IMG/VR virus record: IMGVR_UViG_3300009510_000002
Strand: one strand, 5' to 3'
DNA: 64,000 nt
From: a virus
The notes under the pieces were generated by a model. That model saw only the letters and a list, made by a program, of their open reading frames with translations. It was not told the origin of the DNA and searched no databases. Of the stretch, positions 51,687 through 60,725 are shown one piece after another (position 1 is the first letter of the stretch; every line of letters begins with the position of its first letter). A program made the position numbers and the translations under genes.

Positions 51687-54137
51687 ATGTTCCCCCAATC
51701 AGCAACTTGTGCGTTCCCCGTGTTTTATAAATCTTACTCTCGCTATATCAAAGGAGCTAGAGAAAGTTGGAAGATGACGTGCGATCGCACTACACAAGCT
51801 TTGTTTGAATTGGGGGATTTTGCGGACTGGGAGCGACAGCTAGTCCGAGAGAGCCTAGATAAATTACACGTTATTCCCTCCGGCCGCTGGTTATGGGTGG
51901 GGGGAACAGAATGGTTAAACAAACCAGAGAACTACTCTGGAGCCTTTAATTGTACTGGTACAGATATTATTGATTGGCATAGCTTTGGCTTGCTAATGGG
52001 GTTAGCTATGCAAGGCAGTGGTACTGGTGCTGTCTTAGAGCCTCGCTGTATTAATAATCTGCCCATGATTCGCGTTCACATTGATGTGGAAGTTGCAGAT
52101 AACTTAGGGCAGAATTACCCCTATCCAGAGGGTGTAGGAGACACAACTGAAGTCCACCTAATTAAACCTGGCTTTTATAGCATGTCCGTGGGGGACTCCC
52201 GACAAGGGTGGGTAGATGCATATCAGTGGTTCTTGGAAAAGTCCAGCGATCCTGATGAGTTACCCAGTATTAAAGTCATCGTTGATCTATCCTTTGTTCG
52301 CCAATCAGGTTCTCCACTAAAAGGGTTTGGTGGAACTGCTAATCCAGTAAAGTTGCCGAACCTATTTAAAAAAATCACTAAAATTACCAACGCAGCTGTA
52401 GGCAGATATCTCACCTCACTTGAATGTTGCCTATTAATAGATGAAGCTGCTTTGTGTGTTGTAGCTGGAAATATCCGCCGTAGTGCCGGAATCCGCCAAT
52501 TTTGTGCCGATGACCTGATCGCAGAAAACGCTAAAACTAGCCTTTGGCAGCAAGATAGTTTAGGTAATTGGAAGATTGACCCAGACCGTGATGCCCTGCG
52601 GATGGCAAACCATACCCGTGTCTTCCACCGTAAACCTACCCTTGATGAATGTATTGGCTCGGTTCGGAAGCAGTACTATAGCGGTGAAGGTGCAATTCAA
52701 TGGGCTGGAGAGGCGATCGCCCGTGCCAACGCGGATATTCTTAACACCTCAGAATTAAAGCAGCAGTTTTTAGATAGCTACGAGGGAAATAGATTTTATG
52801 CCGCAAGCACTCTGAGGGCGATCAGTTATCGGGCGGGTGTTGAAATGGATGAGGATGAGCTAGATCATCGGATGTCTAGGTATTCTCTTAACCCATGTGG
52901 AGAAATTTGTGGTAAAGATTTTCACTGTAACCTCTCTGAGGTGCATTTATCACAAATTAACCCATTAGACTTTGAATCCCAACGTAAAGCTTTTAGGGCA
53001 GGAGCTTTAATCGTCTGTGCATTACTTAAGCGTGGATTCACCGAAGAACGGTACCAGCGATCGCGCGATTTAGATCCGATTGTGGCAGTGTCGTTTACGG
53101 GATGGTTTGACTTCTGCGTGAATCTGTTTGGTGTGAAGTATTTAGAATGGTATGCAGCGGGTCGGGGTTTAGATTGGGGGCAATACCCGGATGAGAAGTT
53201 TATCATCCTTAAACCCAACGCCACTTTTGATAAGTATCAATCTGTTCTGTATAAAGATCACCTGAAAATCTTTCTACCACCTGAGATTTATCGGATTTGT
53301 AGCGATCGCTTTTTAAGGCTTGGGGATGAGTTCCGGCAAACACTAGGTCAGGTATTCCAAATAATTGAGGAAATATATCTTTCGCAATGGAAAGGTATAG
53401 TTGCCCAGATGGTTGAGAGTTACTGTGACTACCATTTACTCAAACAACCAAACCGATTTACCACTGTTCAGCCCGCTGGCACCAAAAGTCTCCTAACTGG
53501 CTCAAGTCCAGGGTGGCATCCTCCCAAGGATACCTACTACCTTCGCCGGATTACGATGCCCAAAAATGATCCGGTGGCTCTAGCATGCATTGACTACGGT
53601 TACAGTGTGGTTCCCTCTCAGCTAGATAAGGATAAGCATGGTGTTCTGCTAGATGACCCCTTTGACCCCCGCTGTACTGAATGGTTAGTTGAAATTCCTA
53701 CTTGCACTAATTGGGCACATCTGCCGGGTGTTGATCAAGTTGATATTTCCCAACTCCCATTTATTGCCCAATGGCGAGCCTATATGACTGTCCAGCAGCA
53801 CTGGACAACCTTCAACACCAGCGCCACTTTGGAAATTACCGCAGATGAAATCGAGGAAGCTGGACGCTGTATCCACCAAGCCATTGAGCAGGACCAAGGA
53901 TATGTGTCTGCTGCAATCCTAGCTCGGTTCCATGATAAACAAACCTTTCCCCGCCTCCCATTTGAGCCAATTACTAAAGATCAGTACGAAGTGTTGATGG
54001 CGATCGCTCTAAGTAGGCGAAAAAATGATGATTTTGACTATTTAGTTAATTTACACACACCTACAGACTTTTCTCAATCTAAAGAAGCTGGTGATGGTGT
54101 GGTGGGATGTGATTCAGGAGCCTGTTTATTGCCATGA
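51687..54137 (+). CDS. nrdJ: ribonucleotide reductase, class II (B12-dependent)-like
   Basis: N-terminal PVFYKSYSRY...RESW, catalytic region SLNPCGEICGKDFHCNLSEV, C-terminal redox Cys pair CDSGAC. No nrdB seen nearby. Confidence 0.8.
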   Translation: MFPQSATCAFPVFYKSYSRYIKGARESWKMTCDRTTQALFELGDFADWERQLVRESLDKLHVIPSGRWLWVGGTEWLNKPENYSGAFNCTGTDIIDWHSFGLLMGLAMQGSGTGAVLEPRCINNLPMIRVHIDVEVADNLGQNYPYPEGVGDTTEVHLIKPGFYSMSVGDSRQGWVDAYQWFLEKSSDPDELPSIKVIVDLSFVRQSGSPLKGFGGTANPVKLPNLFKKITKITNAAVGRYLTSLECCLLIDEAALCVVAGNIRRSAGIRQFCADDLIAENAKTSLWQQDSLGNWKIDPDRDALRMANHTRVFHRKPTLDECIGSVRKQYYSGEGAIQWAGEAIARANADILNTSELKQQFLDSYEGNRFYAASTLRAISYRAGVEMDEDELDHRMSRYSLNPCGEICGKDFHCNLSEVHLSQINPLDFESQRKAFRAGALIVCALLKRGFTEERYQRSRDLDPIVAVSFTGWFDFCVNLFGVKYLEWYAAGRGLDWGQYPDEKFIILKPNATFDKYQSVLYKDHLKIFLPPEIYRICSDRFLRLGDEFRQTLGQVFQIIEEIYLSQWKGIVAQMVESYCDYHLLKQPNRFTTVQPAGTKSLLTGSSPGWHPPKDTYYLRRITMPKNDPVALACIDYGYSVVPSQLDKDKHGVLLDDPFDPRCTEWLVEIPTCTNWAHLPGVDQVDISQLPFIAQWRAYMTVQQHWTTFNTSATLEITADEIEEAGRCIHQAIEQDQGYVSAAILARFHDKQTFPRLPFEPITKDQYEVLMAIALSRRKNDDFDYLVNLHTPTDFSQSKEAGDGVVGCDSGACLLP

Positions 54138-54340
54138 TCGAATTAACAACAGAGCAGGAGTTTAAAATTCATGCTTTTAAATTACAAGTTGAAAGCATGA
54201 ATGATGAACAAATCAAGAGTATGTTGGTTAAAATACATGAGCGGATAATCGTAGCCGATACCTTGTATATGCGAGAAATTAAGAAACGGTGGGGATTAGA
54301 TGCACCAGATGCAACTGTACTACCAGAAAGTTTAGGTTAA
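54134..54340 (+). CDS. hypothetical protein
   Basis: 68-aa ORF coupled (ATGA) to the RNR stop. Confidence 0.5.
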   Translation: MIELTTEQEFKIHAFKLQVESMNDEQIKSMLVKIHERIIVADTLYMREIKKRWGLDAPDATVLPESLG

Positions 54341-54356
54341 AAATATAGGAGTAAAA

Positions 54357-54728
54357 TTGATTAAAGTATCTGATGAACAAATTGAGTTAGCTGCTAAGCG
54401 GGTTTTCTGTGCCTACTTCCCAGAAAAAAATTGGGATAATATCCCAGAACAAGAACGCCAAACTTGGATTCAAGATGCTAAAAAGGCCATAACTGGAGAA
54501 AAAATGACTGAACAATTTACAGTAAAAGAAGTAGTAATTAACGAACCTGCGGTAGCCGAACTTGATATGTCCGCGATCGCTGAATTATTGTATGAAGCCT
54601 ACGGTGACGCAGCTTGTTGGAAAAATTATCAAGGTAAATCAATGCCAAGATGGGGAGACTTACCAGAGAATATTCGTACTTACTGGACTGCATCGGCAGA
54701 TAAAGCTAGGACAATTTTTACATCTTAA
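54357..54728 (+). CDS. hypothetical protein
   Basis: 123-aa ORF with TTG start and AGGAG upstream. Confidence 0.5.
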   Translation: MIKVSDEQIELAAKRVFCAYFPEKNWDNIPEQERQTWIQDAKKAITGEKMTEQFTVKEVVINEPAVAELDMSAIAELLYEAYGDAACWKNYQGKSMPRWGDLPENIRTYWTASADKARTIFTS

Positions 54729-54732
54729 TCCC

Positions 54733-55191
54733 ATGTCATCCCCTGTATTTTCCTTTGAGTATGATGACACCCAACTACAGCAAGCACTAAAAAGATTGTC
54801 TGTTGCTTGTAATGACCTTACACCTACAATGACAGAAATTGGTGAGGCAGCATTGCTTTCTATTGATCTGCGATTTCAGCAAGAAGTAGACCCAGATGGA
54901 TTAGCGTGGAAACCATTATCTACCTATACGCTAGCTCTCAAAAAATCTGAAGGCAGAATCCTCAAAATTCTCCAGTGTACAGGAATGATGCGAAGCAGCT
55001 TCCGCTATCGTGTTACCTCCAATAGTTGTACCGTAGGGACTAATGATCCAAAGGCAGTTAAACACCAGTTAGGGATTGGGGTACCTCAGCGGAAAATACT
55101 GGGTTTCAACGAAGAAGATAAGCAGGAGTTCTTAGCAATAATTGAAGACAACATAGCATCAGCAATTAATAATACTAAATTAAACGGATAA
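54733..55191 (+). CDS. phage virion morphogenesis protein (Mu gpG-like)
   Basis: In-frame ATG at 54733 of track ORF 54562..55191. LTPTMTEIGEAALLSIDLRFQQEVDPDGLAWKPLS...LQCTGMMRSS matches the family pattern. Confidence 0.6.
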   Translation: MSSPVFSFEYDDTQLQQALKRLSVACNDLTPTMTEIGEAALLSIDLRFQQEVDPDGLAWKPLSTYTLALKKSEGRILKILQCTGMMRSSFRYRVTSNSCTVGTNDPKAVKHQLGIGVPQRKILGFNEEDKQEFLAIIEDNIASAINNTKLNG

Positions 55192-55211
55192 ACGGAGGGT
55201 AATAAAATGGC

Positions 55212-55424
55212 ATGGAAAAATACTTTGTAGAATTTGCAGCTTACGAATGGACAAAATTAGTAGCAAACGGTAGTTACGAAGTTTATTGTTGTAATGACGG
55301 ATGGTCTTTCTCAGCAATTACTAAACTTAAAAAAGAGATTATGGAAAAAGTAGAAGCTAAAGGGCATACACCTACTTATATTCAAATAATTAATTTATAT
55401 CCAATAACATCTGAAACTTCATAA
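55212..55424 (+). CDS. hypothetical protein
   Basis: 70-aa ORF. Confidence 0.45.
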   Translation: MEKYFVEFAAYEWTKLVANGSYEVYCCNDGWSFSAITKLKKEIMEKVEAKGHTPTYIQIINLYPITSETS

Positions 55425-55432
55425 ATTAAATC

Positions 55433-55831
55433 ATGAAAACCTCCCCCTACTGCAAAAAACGGCATGGTACCCCCAATGGTGCCTGCAACTCATTCCCGGT
55501 TCCCGACTGTAAGATTTGCGGACAGAAAAACCTCGACAACCATAACTGGTACTGCCCTAATTGCTTCCGCTGCCTTGAGTGCGAAAAAGTAGTTGAAAAG
55601 TTTGTCAAAGATGGTGAATTACCGGAAATTCCTTCAACTATTTTGGTTGATCCGCATAGGGGAAAAGATAGAATTAGAATTCCTAAATTCACTCACTCTA
55701 AAGAGGTTTGCAGGGTTTATCGTTTTAGTCCTGTAAATAATGCTTATGTTAGCGATCGCCCCACAGGAATAGTATTGAAAGGTGAACAAATTGGTCAATT
55801 ACTCAATGGCAATTTAAATTTGTTAAGATAA
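55433..55831 (+). CDS. Cys-rich zinc-ribbon protein
   Basis: CxxC pairs: CKICGQ...CPNCFRCLEC. Confidence 0.55.
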   Translation: MKTSPYCKKRHGTPNGACNSFPVPDCKICGQKNLDNHNWYCPNCFRCLECEKVVEKFVKDGELPEIPSTILVDPHRGKDRIRIPKFTHSKEVCRVYRFSPVNNAYVSDRPTGIVLKGEQIGQLLNGNLNLLR

Positions 55832-55858
55832 AATTCAAGTGTGCATATTCTTTTTTTG

Positions 55859-55897
55859 ACCCCCAAGTAAGTTTGAGTATTTGGGGGTTCTGTTTTG
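55859..55897 (+). terminator. intrinsic terminator ACCCCCAA/TTGGGGGT plus TCTGTTTT (copy 1 of a duplicated ~56-nt module)
   Basis: The module GCATATTCTTTTTTTGACCCCCAAGTAAGTTTGAGTATTTGGGGGTT recurs at 56567-56623. Confidence 0.7.
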
Positions 55898-55989
55898 GCT
55901 TTTTTATTGACTTTATACGTATACTACTATATTGTTTAAATAATCAATTATTTCCAACCAACCAATTAATCAATCAACCGAGGTGCGAC

Positions 55990-56526
55990 ATGGCTAATTT
56001 TCGGGCTTTTTTCCCTAGAACAGATAACTTGGTAAGAGTTGCAGGCTACAATTTATTGCACAACAAAATAGTCCAATTACCCGACGGCATGCACAAAACT
56101 ATTGTGGATACAAATCATCTGACCAGCGTTGATTTTAGATTTAGTATTGAAATCATTATCGATCCACACAAACTTGAGAAAACAGGAAAACCTGAATTAG
56201 TTTCGCTATTTAACTCCACGGATACCTACAATTTAGGTATCATCCATGATGGAGAACTCATGGATGATGAAGATATCATAGCGTTATTTAATCTGGTCAA
56301 ATCCAGGCTAAAGATTGTACACGCTATTAAAACGTCCCACGCTTCTTATAGCCTCCAGTGTGAGGCTGAAAATGATTGGGAACTGTTAGAATTTTGCCTT
56401 AAGTATCAAAATTTGATATCTGACAGAGCAAAACACGAATCTGCTATAAATTCACTCAAGTCACTCAAGCCTCTAAAGCCAAAAAAAGATGAGCAAGAAG
56501 ATGAGGAATATTATGTATGTAGATAA
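55990..56526 (+). CDS. hypothetical protein
   Basis: ATG at 55990 (MANFRAF...). The track start at 55873 lies inside the terminator. Confidence 0.55.
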   Translation: MANFRAFFPRTDNLVRVAGYNLLHNKIVQLPDGMHKTIVDTNHLTSVDFRFSIEIIIDPHKLEKTGKPELVSLFNSTDTYNLGIIHDGELMDDEDIIALFNLVKSRLKIVHAIKTSHASYSLQCEAENDWELLEFCLKYQNLISDRAKHESAINSLKSLKPLKPKKDEQEDEEYYVCR

Positions 56527-56583
56527 AATAGTCTAAAATAATCTTGTTAACCCTGAATATAGGCTTGCATATTCTTTTTTTTG

Positions 56584-56621
56584 ACCCCCAAGTAAGTTTG
56601 AGTATTTGGGGGTTTTGTTTT
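56584..56621 (+). terminator. intrinsic terminator, copy 2 of the duplicated module
   Basis: Same stem and T-run as 55859-55897. Confidence 0.7.
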
Positions 56622-56687
56622 GGGTGTTAATGGCGATCGCTACTTTATTCAAGTAAAATAATTATGTAATCATTGTATAAAAATAAT

Positions 56688-56954
56688 ATGAACACAGTCA
56701 CTCAAGAACAAATTACCGCTTTATTGGATGAAGCAGAAACGCAAGAACATACTTTTTGGGGAAAAGAATTAGTGGTTAGTTACAAACTAAAATCGGGTTT
56801 TACTATTTTGGGTAGAGGGGCATGCGTAGACCCAGCTAATTTTGTTTTAGAAGTTGGCAGAGAATGGGCACGTAAAGACGCTGAACGCCAGTTATGGCAA
56901 CTTGAAGGATACATACTTCAAAATGTTTTAGCTGGTACAATTACAAAACAATAG
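56688..56954 (+). CDS. Gp49-like (N4 gp49 / Sf6 gp66 family) protein
   Basis: VSYKLKSGFTILGRGACVDPANFVLEVGREWARKDAERQLWQLEGYIL matches the family core (GeSAC.dP.NFd.eiG...A...A...iW.LEGY). Confidence 0.65.
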   Translation: MNTVTQEQITALLDEAETQEHTFWGKELVVSYKLKSGFTILGRGACVDPANFVLEVGREWARKDAERQLWQLEGYILQNVLAGTITKQ

Positions 56955-58763
56955 GTGAAAGCCTATTTCTTAGCGATCGCCATTAACCCGCCTAAAATTA
57001 CTCCGGAGTATTCCGGAGTAAAAATTGACCTTTTCTAATAATCAATTTTTTCAGTCTTTTTAAAACGGGAAGCCATGTATAGTAATGACTCTGAATTTTG
57101 CGGAATATTCCTGAAAATTCAAACACAAGTCAATTCTTTAAAGGAGATAATATTAGTAATTAGTTCACATTATGGGGTAATTCCCATTTTTGCAGGATTT
57201 CCTGCAAAAATCAATGTGTCGTAAATGATTTAGCTTTTACCAAAAAGTGGTATCACAGTTAAACCCTTGCAGGGCAGGTATTCTAGCCAAAAAATTTAAG
57301 AAGTGGTAAGTAAAACCTTCAAGTGAAGGCGATCGCCCTCACTTGAAGTCCGGTTATGATCCAAAGCATAATAATGGGTACTGCCTATTTGTTATGCTTT
57401 TTGGTACTCTATATAACCCAGAAATAGTCTGAGTATACTTAAAGATCTTAGATGCACCAACATCTAAGGCTTTTTCTTTCTGATATATCCATCATATCTT
57501 ATCCGCCTTCACTTGTATTTGTCAGAAAATTGATTTTGTTACATATTCAAAACCGTTCCGGGAATTCCCGGAACGGGGAAGTACCCTATATCAAACAATC
57601 TTGAAAATTACCTGAAACCTTATCTTCGTAAGGATTGAAGGTTCATATTGAATGATCCTGAGGTCGTAAAGTTGTCATAGATGAACTTTGTCAAGCTATT
57701 GCTAAATATTATGCCTTTGATGCTCGATCAATGCTTTCAGCTTTTAATTATGGGGATGTTTTTAGGATTTTTGGTCACATATCAAACACGGGATTTCCCG
57801 TAATTGAGCAATATCAAGGGTTTCAGCTACTCAATACGGAGAAATATTGATTTAGCCCCAAAGGGTATCAGTTGCAGTGATACCCTTTTTGAAACTGTTA
57901 CAAGTTCAATGATTTTTCCGGGTTCAAACCGGAAAAATAAAAACCCAAAAAAGTAAACACTCTCAAACATATACCAGAAGCAAGTTTCAAGTAATTTAAA
58001 TATAAAAAAGTAAACACCTCCTATGATATCGTAACAAATTCAAAACAGTAGTAAGTTTAACTCACTGGGGAGCATGCCATCTTTGCAATGGAGTGTTTAT
58101 ACTCATGACTCAAAACGCTCTACTTATAGGCTTTCAACTACCTCATTGCCCAGGCACTCAATTTATGTATCTTCAAAAGTGACATGGTCCCACTCGTTGC
58201 CCTGTAAAGATTTAAGGGACGTGAGAGGTAATATACCTTTCAGCGATTTAATCACTATTTGATTTATTTCGGTCAACCTGAAAATATTGCCAAATGGTAG
58301 TTTTGGGAAATAAAGTACATTATTTCGGTCAACCTTAAAGGGTACAAACGATCTTCGTACCTTTTATTGATTCCGTTACAAGCTTAAAAAGGGTATAGCC
58401 ATAACCTATACCCTTTTACTTTAGTGGTTTAGTACGGAGGGTTTGGCGATCGCCAAACCCATCCGAACGAATTTAATTATTTTTCTACTTTAATCCTTGC
58501 AAATGCTGTCTTATAAGGATTTTAGTAATGTGGGCGATCGTAAAAGATGAAAGTTCATTCCGGGAATTTATAGGGTCAAATAGCCCAGAAGCTTTGCCCT
58601 ATAAGGATTTCAAATCCGGGAAAATTAAAACCGATGATACAATTTTGATTAACCTCAAAGGGTAAGAAGATAATTCTTACCCTTTATTGATCCTGTTACA
58701 GGTTTTAGAAAATTATCTGCTATCCTTAATTGAAAGTGTTACAGAATCAAAGGTAATTAGTTT
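56955..58763. repeat. 1.8-kb ORF-poor, repeat-dense region: TTCCGG/CCGGAA-type palindromes plus a family of AAAGGGTA..TACCCTTT hairpins followed by GTTACA
   Basis: See findings. The only track ORF here (58074..58262) is unconvincing. Confidence 0.7.
57553..57576. promoter_or_regulatory. perfect 24-nt palindrome CCGTTCCGGGAATTCCCGGAACGG (strongest member of the palindrome family)
   Basis: Read directly and checked to be self-complementary. Confidence 0.5.
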
Positions 58764-59060
58764 ATGCCGCGTGGTGGGACTAGGTTAAATGCGGGGGCTA
58801 AATTTAAGTGGAAGCGTGGTAAAACTAAGGTAATAAGAGTTCCAATCTTGCTATCCGATAAAATACTTGATTATGCTAAATCTCTCGATTCTGCACAGGT
58901 TATAGAAATCGAAACAGAATCAAAAACTTTAGATTTATCAGGAATAAGTATTCGAGTTTGCAATGGTAAATCCGCTGTTTACTTAGAAGATTTAGCTAGG
59001 GCAGGATTTGAAATCCTACCTGAGCGACTAGGAAGAATTTTCAAATCTATTTCAGGCTAA
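58764..59060 (+). CDS. hypothetical small basic protein, possible DNA binding
   Basis: MPRGGTRLNAGAKFKWKRGKTKVIRVP basic N-terminus. Confidence 0.5.
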   Translation: MPRGGTRLNAGAKFKWKRGKTKVIRVPILLSDKILDYAKSLDSAQVIEIETESKTLDLSGISIRVCNGKSAVYLEDLARAGFEILPERLGRIFKSISG

Positions 59061-59229
59061 AGCGAAAAGGGTCTGGCTTCAAGTATTTCTCCGTTTTGAA
59101 AACGGAGTGAACTAAATCTATCCTGCCCAAGAAAGAAATTGGCCCGCACCCTCAAGCCTTGATATATCAATGGTTTCAGCATAAAATATGAAGAATTGGC
59201 CCGCACCCCCTTTTGAACTTGTAACAGAT

Positions 59230-59844
59230 TCAAGCTAATGTTAGTTTCAGGTAAGTTTGGTGATTCGCCATAAATGCTGTCCTTGTGGCAGGGACTTCCC
59301 ATTTTTGTACAGATTTTTGCCACACCTCACCCCATTTTGTGGAGTAAGCTAGAGCGTGGAATTTTGTGAGTAATTTACTATCGGTTAATATCTCTTGTCC
59401 TTGCGGGCAGTTTTTATGCACCATTACCCACAAGAAAGTGTCATCTACTATTTTTGGGCGTGGGTACATTCCCCCTAATATCCTTATCTCGCTACCAAGA
59501 ATCCCTTGTAAAAATTTATCAACTTTAGTAAATGCAAATGCACCGATTTTCTCGATGTTTTCTTTTGTATAGTCTAAAATGGCTCGGATTGTCTCAATCC
59601 TGGTACTTGCATTTGTTATCGTTATATTTTTGACTCCTATTGATTGTTGGAGTCTCAAAATATCCATCATCATATATCCCGTGACAGTATTAATATCCTC
59701 CTGAGTTAAAAACTTTTTGGTTTCCCATTCCTCTAATTCGTCTAAAAACCTATAAGCTTGATCCATCGCTTTCTCCTTTTGGCTTTTTGTAACTGCAATA
59801 TTTAACTCCTGAATTCCCTGTGAACTCTTACGCCTTGCTTTCAA
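59230..59844 (-). CDS. hypothetical protein
   Basis: 204-aa ORF coupled to the upstream regulator gene. Confidence 0.55.
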   Translation of the reverse strand: MKARRKSSQGIQELNIAVTKSQKEKAMDQAYRFLDELEEWETKKFLTQEDINTVTGYMMMDILRLQQSIGVKNITITNASTRIETIRAILDYTKENIEKIGAFAFTKVDKFLQGILGSEIRILGGMYPRPKIVDDTFLWVMVHKNCPQGQEILTDSKLLTKFHALAYSTKWGEVWQKSVQKWEVPATRTAFMANHQTYLKLTLA

Positions 59845-60605
59845 TTGCGGACAGAAGTTATTGATACCTCCGAGGTTAATGCAACTTCCTCCGCCTTCAC
59901 TTGACCCTCAGAAGCGCGATCGCTATTTACCTCTATCTGCGTTTCTAGCGATGGTGACAATAATTGCCGATGTCGCTTACCACAATTCCCGCAGAAATAG
60001 TACTGATACATCTTACTACCACCAAAATGAAACCTTCTGTATGACTTGATGAAGAAATAGCAGGAACAGTTGGTGCATTTTGGTGGTAGCTTGTCTTTGA
60101 ATCTGATGGTTTCATCGTTTTCTATAATTTCACAAGCAAAATCTTTGCGGCAGTGAATATTGGTGCAATGGTAAAAGGTAAATTGCTTATCAAATATTGT
60201 TTTATAGGTCTGTATTAGTGATAATTTTTTGCAGCTAGGGCATTCTATTGGGGATAAGTATTTAAACTCTCCCTCGGTGACTTTAACTAGCTTGTTATAT
60301 TTATGTCTAATATCCTTAATTTTGTCTTGATTTAATAGAGATAGGTTATTTTTAACCGAAATCTCGTCCGTGCTACTAACTCCAAAAAAAGCGCAAATCT
60401 GTTTTAAAGCTACATAGCAGAGTTGTTTTATGTGCCCTGCCTCTAAACAGGAGATGTTTCTCCCTGAATAGTGAATAATTCCACCAAACTCTATTTGGCT
60501 CAAGGGTACCATCTCTCTTAGATACCTGATGTTATCTCCAATAATCAGGTATATTTTATTGCGTTCTTCGATGGGAACTATGGATCGCATTGCCCAAATT
60601 TGCAA
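59841..60605 (-). CDS. XRE-family HTH regulator with C-terminal zinc ribbons
   Basis: IGDNIRYLREMVPLSQIEFGGIIHYSGRNISCLEAG (HTH) plus CPSCKK...CTNIHC...CTNCSC...CGNCGK. Start uncertain (TTG at 60605 or ATG at 60590). Confidence 0.6.
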   Translation of the reverse strand: MQIWAMRSIVPIEERNKIYLIIGDNIRYLREMVPLSQIEFGGIIHYSGRNISCLEAGHIKQLCYVALKQICAFFGVSSTDEISVKNNLSLLNQDKIKDIRHKYNKLVKVTEGEFKYLSPIECPSCKKLSLIQTYKTIFDKQFTFYHCTNIHCRKDFACEIIENDETIRFKDKLPPKCTNCSCYFFIKSYRRFHFGGSKMYQYYFCGNCGKRHRQLLSPSLETQIEVNSDRASEGQVKAEEVALTSEVSITSVRN

Positions 60606-60725
60606 ACAAGGAATGTTGATATTCCTAGTGTAGTTCTAAATCTAGAATTATTGGAATCAATTACTCACTGCACATAAATAACTAACATCAGTGATATAAG
60701 TCAATTTTTAGGCACACATACGAAA

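Noticed and set aside
57553-57801. GGGAATTCCC / GGGATTTCCC resemble eukaryotic NF-kappaB sites
   Set aside because: This is a coincidence of a GGAA/TTCC palindrome. The only sensible reading in a phage is a binding site for a dimeric bacterial or phage regulator.
57913-57937. tRNA-like T-arm (TCCGG-GTTCAAA-CCGGA)
   Set aside because: No acceptor, D or anticodon arms can be drawn around it. It is an 8-bp hairpin flanked by A/T runs and belongs to the palindrome family.
58074-58262. Track ORF 58074..58262 (+)
   Set aside because: It is an isolated 62-aa ORF inside the repeat-dense non-coding region, with no RBS and Ser/Thr/Leu-rich odd composition.
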